Positions 27,021 to 36,029 of a DNA stretch of 64,000 nucleotides are shown piece after piece; positions within the stretch are counted from its first letter, which is position 1, and every line of letters begins with the position of its first letter. Made by a program: the position numbers and the translations under genes. The stretch comes from Acidimicrobiia bacterium (GTDB taxonomy: Bacteria > Acidobacteriota > Vicinamibacteria > Vicinamibacterales > SCN-69-37): contig BTVE01000010.1 in NCBI GenBank assembly GCA_045862915.1, forward strand, positions 7,968 to 71,967, in the 5' to 3' direction. Below the pieces are notes generated by a model. It made no database searches, had not been told where the DNA came from, and worked only from the letters and a program-made list of their open reading frames with translations.

Positions 27021-28162
27021 CTCCGGCGGGTCGTGGTGCTTGGGTCGACCTTGTGGGGCTGTTTCTGCGCCTCGGCACCACGGCGTTTGGCGGCCCCGCG
27101 GCCCACATCGCGCTGATGGAAGACGAGGTGGTCAGGCGGCGTTCCTGGCTCACCCGCGAGCAGTTTCTTGACTATGTCGGCGCGACGAACCTGATCCCGG
27201 GACCGAACTCCACGGAGCTGGCCATCCACATCGGTCACCTGCGAGCAGGGTGGCCCGGATTGATTGTCGCCGGCGTCTGTTTCATCGTTCCTGCATCGAT
27301 CATCGTGTGGGCGCTGGCGTGGGCGTACGTCGCGTACGGCGCCCTGCCTCAGGTCGCCGGCGTGTTGTATGGCGTGAAACCCGTCGTGTTGGCGGTTGTC
27401 GGGCAAGCGCTTTGGGGCCTGGGCCGGACTGCGATCAGGACGTCCGGCCTTGCGATTGTCGCCGCGGTTGCCGTCGCCGCCTCGGCGTTTGGTGTGCATG
27501 AACTCGCGATCCTGTTGCTGGCCGGCTTGACCGCCGGCGCCGGCGCGGCCATGGCGCGGGGTGGTGTTGCGGCAGCCTGGACTGCAGCCGTCACAAGCGC
27601 GACGGGTTCAGCCGCAGGTGCGGCCACTGCCGCAGTTGTACCAGTGAGTCTGAATGCGGTGTTTTGGGTGTTCGCGAAGGCCGGGGCGGTGCTCTACGGT
27701 AGCGGATATGTCCTGCTGGCCTTTCTGCGTGCGGATCTTGTACAGCGTCTCGGATGGCTGACCGAGGCTCAGCTGATTGATGCCATCGCGATCGGGCAGG
27801 TCACGCCGGGGCCGGTGTTCACCACGGCGACGTTCATCGGGTACGTCGTGGCGGGAACGCCTGGTGCGATTGTGGCCACGGTCGGGATCTTTCTGCCGGC
27901 GTTTGTCTTCGTCGCCGTCAGCGGGCCGCTTGTGCCGCGCCTGCGACGGTCCGCGTTTGCCGGTCGAGTGCTGGATGGTGTGAATGTCGCATCGCTGGCG
28001 TTGATGGCCGTCGTGTCCTGGCACCTCGGGCGAACGGCTCTCGTTGATCCCGTCTCCATCGGCCTGTGCGTTGGGAGCCTGGTAGCGTTGGTCCGCTACC
28101 GCGTGAATTCGACATGGCTGATTGTGGTCGGCGCGCTCGCAGGCGTGCTGGCTGAGACATGA
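27017..28162 (+). CDS. chrA: chromate efflux transporter ChrA
   Basis: ORF 26867..28162. GTG 27017 overlaps the methyltransferase TGA (GTGA). CHR motifs FGGPAAHIALMEDEVV and a second half with IGQVTPGPVFTTATFIGY. Confidence 0.9.
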   Translation: MTPAGRGAWVDLVGLFLRLGTTAFGGPAAHIALMEDEVVRRRSWLTREQFLDYVGATNLIPGPNSTELAIHIGHLRAGWPGLIVAGVCFIVPASIIVWALAWAYVAYGALPQVAGVLYGVKPVVLAVVGQALWGLGRTAIRTSGLAIVAAVAVAASAFGVHELAILLLAGLTAGAGAAMARGGVAAAWTAAVTSATGSAAGAATAAVVPVSLNAVFWVFAKAGAVLYGSGYVLLAFLRADLVQRLGWLTEAQLIDAIAIGQVTPGPVFTTATFIGYVVAGTPGAIVATVGIFLPAFVFVAVSGPLVPRLRRSAFAGRVLDGVNVASLALMAVVSWHLGRTALVDPVSIGLCVGSLVALVRYRVNSTWLIVVGALAGVLAET

Positions 28163-28169
28163 AGAACGA

Positions 28170-28200
28170 CGGGGCCGGCACCGCCGTGGCACCGGCCCCG
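28170..28200 (+). terminator. GC-rich stem-loop after chrA
   Basis: CGGGGCCGG-(13 nt)-CCGGCCCCG begins 8 nt after the chrA stop. There is no U-tract, so function as an intrinsic terminator is uncertain. Confidence 0.35.
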
Positions 28201-28343
28201 TGGGCTGCTGCGAACGTTCGGAGGCCAGTCAGAACGCGAACCGCAGACCCATCCACCCGACGTGTGCCGTGTAACCGGGCGCCAGGTATGTTCCGAAGTT
28301 GAAGAGGCAATTTCCCCACTGATGGGATCGCGAGGTATCGCGA

Positions 28344-28703
28344 AGCAGCGTGTCTGCGAAGCGAGCGGAGATGGGCCGACAACTCCGCGAACGCAAACGG
28401 CTTGACAAGATAGTCGTCGGCGCCGCAGTCCAGCCCCGAGACTCGATCCTCCACGGTGTCGCGGGCCGTCAGCACCAGGACTGGAACAGTCAATCCCCGA
28501 TGCCTGAGTCCGGTCAGAATTTCGAGTCCGTCTCTGCCGGGCAGGCCCAAGTCCAGTACGATGACATCAAAGGGCTCGTTGGTCGCGCGGAAGTACCCAT
28601 CCTCACCGGACCGGGAAACAACGACTTCGTAGCCCTCACCGGTCAGCCCAGTCCGGAGAGCGCCCGCGACCTTGAAGTCGTCCTCGACAATGAGTAGACG
28701 CAT
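28344..28703 (-). pseudogene. truncated OmpR/CusR-type response regulator (receiver domain only)
   Basis: MRLLIVEDDFKVAGALRTGL...VIVLDLGLPGRDG...LVLTARD...GADDYLVKPFAFAELSAHLRSLRR. Similarity then stops. There is no winged-helix domain, and the ORF runs on antisense into chrA down to 27918. Confidence 0.7.
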
Positions 28704-28794
28704 CGATGCACCGTTTGCACGATACCGCGATTGTGACGACTGAACTCTGAAGTCTTGTTCAGGAGCGCTGCATTCCTCTGGAGTGGCATCGCAG

Positions 28795-28845
28795 GAGACG
28801 ATTCCGGTCGAGTGGAAGGTGACGTTGAGCCCCATCGTGCGGTGA
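28795..28845 (+). pseudogene. 3'-terminal remnant of a paralogue of the redoxin-DsbD-alpha gene
   Basis: 17 codons ETIPVEWKVTLSPIVR-stop are identical in amino acids to 18295..18345. The frame is closed by a TGA at 28741 and has no credible start. Confidence 0.55.
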
Positions 28846-28889
28846 GAGGCGGGGTTGCGCTCGGGCGCCGGATGGCTCATTGTTACGGC

Positions 28890-29549
28890 ATGCAGACACG
28901 ACTCACTCTGACGTCGTCACTGGCCCTGGCCGTGGCGGCCATGTCTCTCATGGGCACGCAGGTCGCCGCACGGCAGAGCCCGGTGTCTTCGCCGTGTGAT
29001 CGTGCGCCGGTCTCCGAAGGGCGTGATCGCGCGATTCAGCGCACGGCCGGAGACCTGCAGGTCTGCCTGCTCGCTGAGGCGGTGGACGCCGGAACCGCTG
29101 ATGCCCCTCCGAGCCGCTGGGTTGCCAATGCGGCGCGCATCGTCATCGAGACAAGGCAGGGCAATACCGTCCAGCGGTTGGAACGGGCCGGCGGACGCGA
29201 ATCTTGGTCCGTCAACGGCACGCCGCGCCCCGTTGACGAGGCGGTCCACACGTGGCGCGACCGCGCGCTCGAGGCGCTTGACGCCCCTTTGGAAATCGCG
29301 CGCCTGCAGTTGCGGATGGCGGCGGAGCGCAGCGCGATGAACCGCCTGCGCATGAGCCCCAGCCGCGTCTATGTGCCCGTCGACCCGACGAAGCTGGAAG
29401 TCGATATCGCCATCGAACGACGGGAGCGCGTGCGCATCCAGTCGGAACTCAGCGACCACCAGTTTGCGATCACGCGGATGGAGCGCGACATCAGGCTGCA
29501 TGAGGCCGCGATGACCAGGCTCACCGATGCGGTTGTTGCGCTACGGTAG
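28890..29549 (+). CDS. hypothetical secreted protein
   Basis: The ATG at 28890 inside ORF 28755..29549 gives signal MQTRLTLTSSLALAVAAMSLMGTQVAA. Arg/Glu-rich helical C-terminal half. Confidence 0.55.
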   Translation: MQTRLTLTSSLALAVAAMSLMGTQVAARQSPVSSPCDRAPVSEGRDRAIQRTAGDLQVCLLAEAVDAGTADAPPSRWVANAARIVIETRQGNTVQRLERAGGRESWSVNGTPRPVDEAVHTWRDRALEALDAPLEIARLQLRMAAERSAMNRLRMSPSRVYVPVDPTKLEVDIAIERRERVRIQSELSDHQFAITRMERDIRLHEAAMTRLTDAVVALR

Positions 29550-29557
29550 CCGCGTCG

Positions 29558-30535
29558 TCAGCGAATGAAGGTGCGGGCCGCAGGAGTGAATCCGGTGGGC
29601 AGGCCGTAGTGCGAGTCGAAAATTTCCGCCCGCACAGTGTCGGCGTCCAGCATCTGCACACGCAGCACGACGCTTTTGGATGCCGCATACGGGAACCGGA
29701 AGTCGACGACGCCCGAAGCGGTGCTGACGTCAGCCGGGCTGGGACCCGTCTCGGCAGACAACGGGAAGTAGGTAGCGATCGACGGGTGCCAGGCCGTCGC
29801 TTCCAGGCGGGGCCCGCCGGCGGTCCTATTTTCGACGAACCACAGCCAGCCCGGCTTGAACACCGGCTCAGTGCTCGAGGCCAGCGGCACGTCTGGCGCA
29901 AACCAGAGACCCTGCAGTCGCCCGGCGACATCGTAGTTGACTCGCCATTCCCCCTGACCGGCCAGAAGTGCCTCCACCTGGCTTCGGAGGTCGACCCGGA
30001 AATACGGAATCGGGGACTCGGCGTGTTGAATCCTCGCCGGATATCGTGATGGTCGGACAAACGGCTGGCTGACACCCGAACTCCAGACGCCGAGGCCCAC
30101 ACCTGTGTCGGCGACCGAGCGCGTGCCAACCCTGTCTCCTGCGGACACGACTGCACCGGGGCCGGCCGTGAAGCTGAGTCCGAGACCTCTGAGGTAGAAC
30201 CGTCGCTCCCCGTGACCGCCGACCACCCACTCCGTGTAGCCCAACGGGTCAGTGGTCAGTGATTCCACGATGCCGCCCGCCGGCGCAAAGACTTCAAGCT
30301 GGCGCTCGCTGCTGAAGAACCAGATGTAAGGTTGAATGGGCTCGTTCGATGTCGGTCGATAACCGGCCTGCGACACCGCGAAGCCACCTCGCCCGTTACC
30401 GGGGAGCAGCGGAAACGCAGTGAATTCAAGCGGGGCGTTCGGCGTGCCTGGGGACGTCGTCGACGATGAGCTGCACGCAGATGCGAAGGACAGGCACAGG
30501 AAACCAGTGACGGCAAGTCGAAGGCCGTGAGCCAT
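29558..30535 (-). CDS. hypothetical lipoprotein
   Basis: The ATG at 30535 gives MAHGLRLAVTGFLCLSFASACSS (lipobox). No family recognised. Confidence 0.6.
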   Translation of the reverse strand: MAHGLRLAVTGFLCLSFASACSSSSTTSPGTPNAPLEFTAFPLLPGNGRGGFAVSQAGYRPTSNEPIQPYIWFFSSERQLEVFAPAGGIVESLTTDPLGYTEWVVGGHGERRFYLRGLGLSFTAGPGAVVSAGDRVGTRSVADTGVGLGVWSSGVSQPFVRPSRYPARIQHAESPIPYFRVDLRSQVEALLAGQGEWRVNYDVAGRLQGLWFAPDVPLASSTEPVFKPGWLWFVENRTAGGPRLEATAWHPSIATYFPLSAETGPSPADVSTASGVVDFRFPYAASKSVVLRVQMLDADTVRAEIFDSHYGLPTGFTPAARTFIR

Positions 30536-30719
30536 ACGCCGATGATAGTCCACAGGCCGCGTCTGTCCGTCTCGCGTCATAACTGCCCGATGACGAACAT
30601 TGCCCTGGCTCGAGGTCTCACCGGTGCCTGGGTCTGGCTGGCGTCTGGCCTGGCTGCCGCGCCCTTGAGGAGAGCACACATCACAAATAACGACGGGTCA
30701 CTTTCGTAAGGGGAGAACC

Positions 30720-31259
30720 ATGACCCACCTGTTGTTGTCGGTATTTGTTGTTGTTGTCGGATCCGGCGCGATTCAGCCGACCAAGGCTCCGCCACCGTGG
30801 TTTGCGGAACAACTCGCACTGCTCACGGCAAACGGAGGACGGTGGGAGGCCGACAACACCAGGTACCGTTCCGCTGACGAACCGGTGGACACCTACGTGC
30901 TCGTGTGGGACTGGGGACCCGGTCGCCGCTCGATTCGAGGTCGTTTGTTTGGTGTCGCGGGTGGCCAGGACACTCAGGTGTTCTGGGAGTTCCGGCAGTT
31001 CTGGGATCCCAACACCGGCACGGTGCGGCTGCAGCAGCATGGCGCACCGGGGATTCGGGCGGACGGCACCATCACACGGACGCCGGAGGGCAACTACCTG
31101 ATCGACCAAATGTTCTGGAGTCCCGATGGGTCTTCGTGGCGGGAGACACACACGGAAACGTCCACTCCCACCGAACGTCTGTCGAAAAGTGCGCGGATGC
31201 GTGACGGCACGTGGGCACCGGGCCGCGAGTACGTCTGGCGACTCAAGCTGTCCGCCTAA
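30720..31259 (+). CDS. hypothetical secreted protein
   Basis: AAGGGGAG precedes the ATG. 179 aa, N-terminal hydrophobic segment, Trp-rich. Confidence 0.6.
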   Translation: MTHLLLSVFVVVVGSGAIQPTKAPPPWFAEQLALLTANGGRWEADNTRYRSADEPVDTYVLVWDWGPGRRSIRGRLFGVAGGQDTQVFWEFRQFWDPNTGTVRLQQHGAPGIRADGTITRTPEGNYLIDQMFWSPDGSSWRETHTETSTPTERLSKSARMRDGTWAPGREYVWRLKLSA

Positions 31260-31368
31260 TCGGGACACTTCGGCCGCTATTGCCCGCGACACCCGCGGCT
31301 GACCCCGCCGGTCGCCCCAGACCGTCCCGGTATGGCACACTGGGAACTTGTCTGGCAGGGAAGGGTCG

Positions 31369-32286
31369 ATGATGCGAGGGGTGTGGGGGCGGTTCGCCGC
31401 GGTCGGGATGCTGGCATGGTCGGTGGCCGGCTGTTCGTTCATTGGAAACCAGGCCACCAAGATGGTCGCCAACACGCTGGCCGAACCCGGCACGTCGATC
31501 ACGTCCGACAACGATCCCGAACTGGTGCGCGATGCGGTGCCGTTCGGCCTGAAGACGTACGAGTCCCTGCTGGAGAGCATTCCGCGCCACGTGCCGCTGC
31601 TGCGCGCGACCTGCAGCGGCTTCACTTCCTACGCCTACGGATTTCTCGCGACGGATGCCGACGCGGTCCGGTTCACCGACCGCGCTGCGGCGCGCGCCAT
31701 CGATGACCGCACCTTGAAGATGTACATGCGCGCACATGGCTACTGCATGCGGGCGCTTGAGGTGCGATTCAAGGGCGTCAACGAGGCCTTGCTTCGGGAT
31801 CCGGTCCCGGCCCTCGCCAAAGCAAAAAAAGACGACGTGGAGTTGTTGTACTGGTCAGCGGCGTCGTGGGGGCTCGCGATGGCGATGAGCCCGGACGACC
31901 TGGCCATCGACTTTCCGGCGGTGCGCGCCCTGGCTGAACGCGGACTGGCCCTGGATCCCGGCTGGTGGAATGGTGCGCTCCACGAACTGATGATCACGCT
32001 CAACAGTCAGGCCCTGCTCGGCGGCTCCGAAGAGGAGGCGCGCAAACACTTCGCGCGTGCCGTTGAGTTGCAGAAGGGGCTGTCGCCTGGACCATACATC
32101 TCGCTTGCGATGGGCATCTCGGTCACCCGCCAGGATCGCGCCGAGTTCGAACAACTCATGAACCAGGCGCTGGCTGTCGACCCGGAAGCCAACCCGACCG
32201 AACGTCTTACGACGATGCTCCTGCAGCGACGCGCGCGTATCCTGCTCGACGCTGCCGATCAGTTGTTCTTGAAAGAGGAGAAGTAA
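31369..32286 (+). CDS. TRAP-associated TPR lipoprotein TatT
   Basis: ATG-ATG at 31369 (the ORF opens at TTG 31348). Lipobox LAWSVAGCS. NDPELVRDAVPFGLKTYESLLE is TatT-like. Confidence 0.75.
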   Translation: MMRGVWGRFAAVGMLAWSVAGCSFIGNQATKMVANTLAEPGTSITSDNDPELVRDAVPFGLKTYESLLESIPRHVPLLRATCSGFTSYAYGFLATDADAVRFTDRAAARAIDDRTLKMYMRAHGYCMRALEVRFKGVNEALLRDPVPALAKAKKDDVELLYWSAASWGLAMAMSPDDLAIDFPAVRALAERGLALDPGWWNGALHELMITLNSQALLGGSEEEARKHFARAVELQKGLSPGPYISLAMGISVTRQDRAEFEQLMNQALAVDPEANPTERLTTMLLQRRARILLDAADQLFLKEEK

Positions 32287-33317
32287 TGTTCACGCTGTTC
32301 CGTCGCTACTCGACTCTGCTCACCGTTGCTGCCGCCGCCGCGGTGCTGTCGTCCACGCTGCTGGCCCAGTCGGTGACCGTGAAGCTGGCCACCTTCGCGC
32401 CGGCCAACTCCGCGTGGCACAAGGCGCTGCTCGACATGGGAGATGCCTGGACGAAGGCCACCGGTGGCCGCGTCACGCTGCGCGTCTACCCGGGCGGCAC
32501 GCTGGGCACGGAGCCCTCGACGGTCAAGATGATGAGTCCTGCCGTTGGCGAACTTCAGGCGGCATTGCTGTTGCCTCCGGGACTCGCGCGGATTGACGAC
32601 GCCGTCGACGTGTTCGGGATGCCGTTTTTCCTCGAAAACGAGGAGGAGTTCCGCGCGGTGTTCACCGCACTGCGGCCGATGATGACCCAGCGGATCGAGA
32701 AGCAGGGGTACAAGGTGCTCAACTGGGGGCACGGCGGGTGGGTGCAGCTGTTCTCGAAGAAGGAGATCAAGACGATCGCCGACCTCAAGGCCGTGAAGCT
32801 CTACGCCACGGAAGGCGACGACAAGTCGATCCAGTGGTACAAGTCCAACGGCTTCCAGCCGATTCCGCTCTCGTTCAACGACATGGTGGGCGGCCTCAAG
32901 CGCGGCATGATTGAAGCGGCGCCAAGCCCGGCCTACGGCGCGTCACTCCTGCAGATCTTCCGGGATGCACCGTTCATGCTCGACGTAAAACTCGCGCCGC
33001 TGGTGGGCGCGACGGTGCTGACCAACGACGCGTTCAACAAGATGAGCGAGACCGACCGCAAGGTCATTCTGGCCGAAGCGGCCAAACTCGAAGCGCGCTT
33101 CATGTCGGAGGCACCAAAGTTGGATGCCACCGCGGTGGGCACAATGCAGCAGCGCGGCCTGAAAGTCACGGCTACCACGCCGGCGATGATGACGGAGTTC
33201 CGAAAGACGGCCGACGCGATGGTGCAGACCATGCGCGGCACACTCGTTCCGGCGGACGTGTTTGACGCCGCGCTTCAGGCGCGCAACGCCTACCGCAAGA
33301 CCAAGGGCGTCAAGTGA
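32286..33317 (+). CDS. TRAP transporter substrate-binding protein (DctP family)
   Basis: TAATG overlap with tatT. 343 aa with a signal peptide and DctP-like sequence. Confidence 0.85.
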   Translation: MFTLFRRYSTLLTVAAAAAVLSSTLLAQSVTVKLATFAPANSAWHKALLDMGDAWTKATGGRVTLRVYPGGTLGTEPSTVKMMSPAVGELQAALLLPPGLARIDDAVDVFGMPFFLENEEEFRAVFTALRPMMTQRIEKQGYKVLNWGHGGWVQLFSKKEIKTIADLKAVKLYATEGDDKSIQWYKSNGFQPIPLSFNDMVGGLKRGMIEAAPSPAYGASLLQIFRDAPFMLDVKLAPLVGATVLTNDAFNKMSETDRKVILAEAAKLEARFMSEAPKLDATAVGTMQQRGLKVTATTPAMMTEFRKTADAMVQTMRGTLVPADVFDAALQARNAYRKTKGVK

Positions 33318-35158
33318 CGGCGGCGGGCAGCGTCGCCACCGAGCGCGCTCCGGGCAGCGCGGCCCGCCTCGAAAACGCCGTGGCGCTGGTGGCCATGGCG
33401 GGCATCATCCTCCTCCCGCTGGGCGAAATCGTCCTGCGGAAATGGTTCGCCACCGGCATTCCCGGATCCGCGCCGTTTGCCCAGCACCTGACCATGTGGG
33501 TCGGCATGTTGGGCGCAGCCATCGCCGCTCGGGACGGCAAGTTGCTGTCGCTGGCCACCGGTGAATTCCTAGCGCACAGCCGGACTGCGGACGTCGCTCG
33601 CATCATCGCAGCGATCGTCGGCAGCGCCGTCGCCACGGTGTTCATGGTCGGCGGCATCAACCTGGTCAAACTTGATCGCGTCGACGCCACCGAAATCGCC
33701 GCCGGTGTGCCGGTGTGGGTTGCGGATCTGATCCTGCCGATCGCGTTTGGTCTGATTGCCCTGCGTCTGATTTGGCGGGCTTCCTCATCGTGGGTCCTTC
33801 GCGCCATCGCGCTCGTGGGTCCGGCCGCAGGCTGGTATCTCGCGAACCATCCCGAACTGCTTGATGGTCAGGCGGTGTGGCCGTGGCTGGCCGGTCTGAT
33901 CGTCGCTGCGCTGCTCGGCGCGCCGATTTTCGTGCTGCTTGGTGGTGCAGCAGCCGTGTTGTTCATGGCGCAGGGCAGCAAGCCGACCGTGCTGCTCATC
34001 ACGGCGTATCAGGAACTGACTGGTTCCGCGGGCCTTGCCACGATTCCGCTCTTCACGCTCGCCGGGTACCTGCTGGCCGAGGGGCGTTCGTCGGAGCGCC
34101 TGCTGCGGTTGTTCCGCGCGTTGTTCGGCTGGATACCCGGTGGCACGGCCGTGGCCACGGCTGCGCTGTGCGCGTTCTTCACGCTGCTCACGGGCGGGTC
34201 GGGCGTCACGATCCTTGCGCTTGGCGGCCTGCTGCTGCCTGCACTGCTCAAAGAGGGGTACTCGGAGCGCTTCTCAGTGGGGCTGCTGACATCAGCGGGG
34301 TCGCTCGGCCTGCTGTTCCCGATGTCGCTGCCGCTGATTCTCTACGCGATCATCGCGAACCTGTCGATGGAGGATCTGTTCATCGGCGGCCTGTTGCCGG
34401 GCACGCTGATGCTCACGATGCTGGCGGCGTATGGCGTCCGCGAAGCCATTCGCTCAGGCGCCGCACGACACTCGTTCTCGTCAGCCGAAGCCGGCGCCGC
34501 GTTGTGGAACGCGAAGTGGGAGATTGGCCTGCCCGCTGTCGTGTTGACCGTCCTGCTGGGCGGTTATGCGACGCCTGTCGAATCCGCCGCGGTTGCGGCG
34601 CTGTACGCGTTCATCATGCAGCGCTTCATTCATCGCGACATTCCAACCATGCGCGATGTCGTGCGGGTAACCGGTGACTCGGTAGGCCTGGTCGGCAGCG
34701 TGCTCGTCATCCTCGCTGTTGCGGTGGGCCTCACGAACTACATGATCAACGCGCAGATTCCTGACGCGTTGATTGCGTGGACGACCGAACACGTCCACTC
34801 GCCGCTGGCGTTCCTGCTTGCCCTCAACCTCTTCCTGCTCATCGTCGGCTGCCTGATGGATGTGTTTTCAGCCATCGTTGTCGTCGTGCCGCTGGTGTCG
34901 GGTGTTGCGGCGGCCTACAACATCGATCCGATCCACCTCGGGATCATCTTTGTGGCCAACCTCGAGCTCGGTTATCTGACACCGCCGCTGGGGCTGAACC
35001 TGCTGGTGGCCTCGGTGCGGTTTGAGCGGCCGGCGCTGCAGGTGATGCGCGATGCACTGCCGATGCTGCTGATTCTGGCCATTGCGGTGCTGCTCATCAC
35101 GTATGTGCCGTGGCTGACCATGGCACCGCTGGAGTGGTTCGGCCGGCTGCCGCAGTAA
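33314..35158 (+). CDS. TRAP transporter fused small/large permease (DctQ-DctM)
   Basis: GTGA overlap with the binding-protein gene. 614 aa, polytopic, with a DctQ-like N-terminus and a DctM-like remainder. Confidence 0.85.
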   Translation: MTAAGSVATERAPGSAARLENAVALVAMAGIILLPLGEIVLRKWFATGIPGSAPFAQHLTMWVGMLGAAIAARDGKLLSLATGEFLAHSRTADVARIIAAIVGSAVATVFMVGGINLVKLDRVDATEIAAGVPVWVADLILPIAFGLIALRLIWRASSSWVLRAIALVGPAAGWYLANHPELLDGQAVWPWLAGLIVAALLGAPIFVLLGGAAAVLFMAQGSKPTVLLITAYQELTGSAGLATIPLFTLAGYLLAEGRSSERLLRLFRALFGWIPGGTAVATAALCAFFTLLTGGSGVTILALGGLLLPALLKEGYSERFSVGLLTSAGSLGLLFPMSLPLILYAIIANLSMEDLFIGGLLPGTLMLTMLAAYGVREAIRSGAARHSFSSAEAGAALWNAKWEIGLPAVVLTVLLGGYATPVESAAVAALYAFIMQRFIHRDIPTMRDVVRVTGDSVGLVGSVLVILAVAVGLTNYMINAQIPDALIAWTTEHVHSPLAFLLALNLFLLIVGCLMDVFSAIVVVVPLVSGVAAAYNIDPIHLGIIFVANLELGYLTPPLGLNLLVASVRFERPALQVMRDALPMLLILAIAVLLITYVPWLTMAPLEWFGRLPQ

Positions 35159-35168
35159 CTCGCAGCCG

Positions 35169-36029
35169 TCAGCGGCGAACAACTGCCCAGTGCGGTGCGA
35201 CGACCGTCGCCCGCGGCTGGGTTCGCACGCGCACGTCCAACTGGCCGGTGAGCGGACCGTCCACCGTGAACGTCACGAGATAGGCCGTCAGCACCGTCGA
35301 CAGGAATCGCGACGATGCCGATTGCAGGGCGGTGACGTCTGCCAACCGCTCAAAGATTCCACCAGCGGCATTGGCGATCAGCTGAAGCGCCGGATCCTGC
35401 GCCGCGCCGGAGACAGATGTGGCGATGTCGAGCGCCACAAGGGTGACGGCGTGTTCCCGCATCGAGGTGATCAGGGCCTGTGGAATCTGTACGCGCCCCG
35501 TGCGGCGGTTGACCGAGGCGAGCAGCACGACACGCCGCCGGTTCTCCTCCCGCGCGAGCGCCTCGGTGGCGCCGACCAGCAGGTCCTGCGGTGGAGCGGT
35601 GACCTCGGACTGAAAAAAACGGGAGACCTGATTCGCCAGCGCGCCGGCATCGGTCGTTGCGTCGTACATCGTCGGCGCAGACGCGCCCCCGCGACCGAGC
35701 ATCAGCCCCACGCGGGTGCCCTCGGCCGTGCGCAGCTGGCGCAACATCGATGACAACGCCGCGCGGGCCTGCAGGGCCTCTTCCGCCACCAGGCCGTCCA
35801 TCGCAATGACGATGGACAACGGACGGGGATCCACTGCCAACTGGGTGACCGTCGCCTGGCGGTCGTCCAGACGAACGGAGATGTCGGCCGCCGTGAGGTT
35901 GGGAATCGACCGGCCCCGGTTGTCAGCAATCGACACGGACAGGTGATACGTGCCGCCGGCCTGAGCCTCCGCGGGTCCTGCCACCCACACGGTCAGCAGC
36001 ACGGCCTGCAGGGGTGCGAGCCACCTCAT
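35169..36029 (-). CDS. secreted VWFA-related (Acidobacterial-type) domain protein
   Basis: Signal MRWLAPLQAVLLTVWVAGPAEA. The N-terminal pattern SVSIADNRGRSIPNLTAADISVRLDDRQATV resembles the VWFA-related Acidobacterial domain. The MIDAS motif is not obvious. Confidence 0.55.
   Translation of the reverse strand: MRWLAPLQAVLLTVWVAGPAEAQAGGTYHLSVSIADNRGRSIPNLTAADISVRLDDRQATVTQLAVDPRPLSIVIAMDGLVAEEALQARAALSSMLRQLRTAEGTRVGLMLGRGGASAPTMYDATTDAGALANQVSRFFQSEVTAPPQDLLVGATEALAREENRRRVVLLASVNRRTGRVQIPQALITSMREHAVTLVALDIATSVSGAAQDPALQLIANAAGGIFERLADVTALQSASSRFLSTVLTAYLVTFTVDGPLTGQLDVRVRTQPRATVVAPHWAVVRR

Noticed and set aside
28271-28297. GTAACC-N17-CGAA on the plus strand inside the scar region.
   Set aside because: The spacing is off by one, it lies inside remnant sequence, and the next plus-strand gene is about 600 nt away across an antisense receiver domain. 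It may be a relic promoter, but that is not supportable.
27918-28880. 320-aa ORF that a gene caller might annotate as a full-length response regulator.
   Set aside because: Only about 120 residues (28344..28703) are receiver-like. The N-terminal extension is the antisense of the DsbD-alpha remnant, and the C-terminal half is the antisense of chrA.
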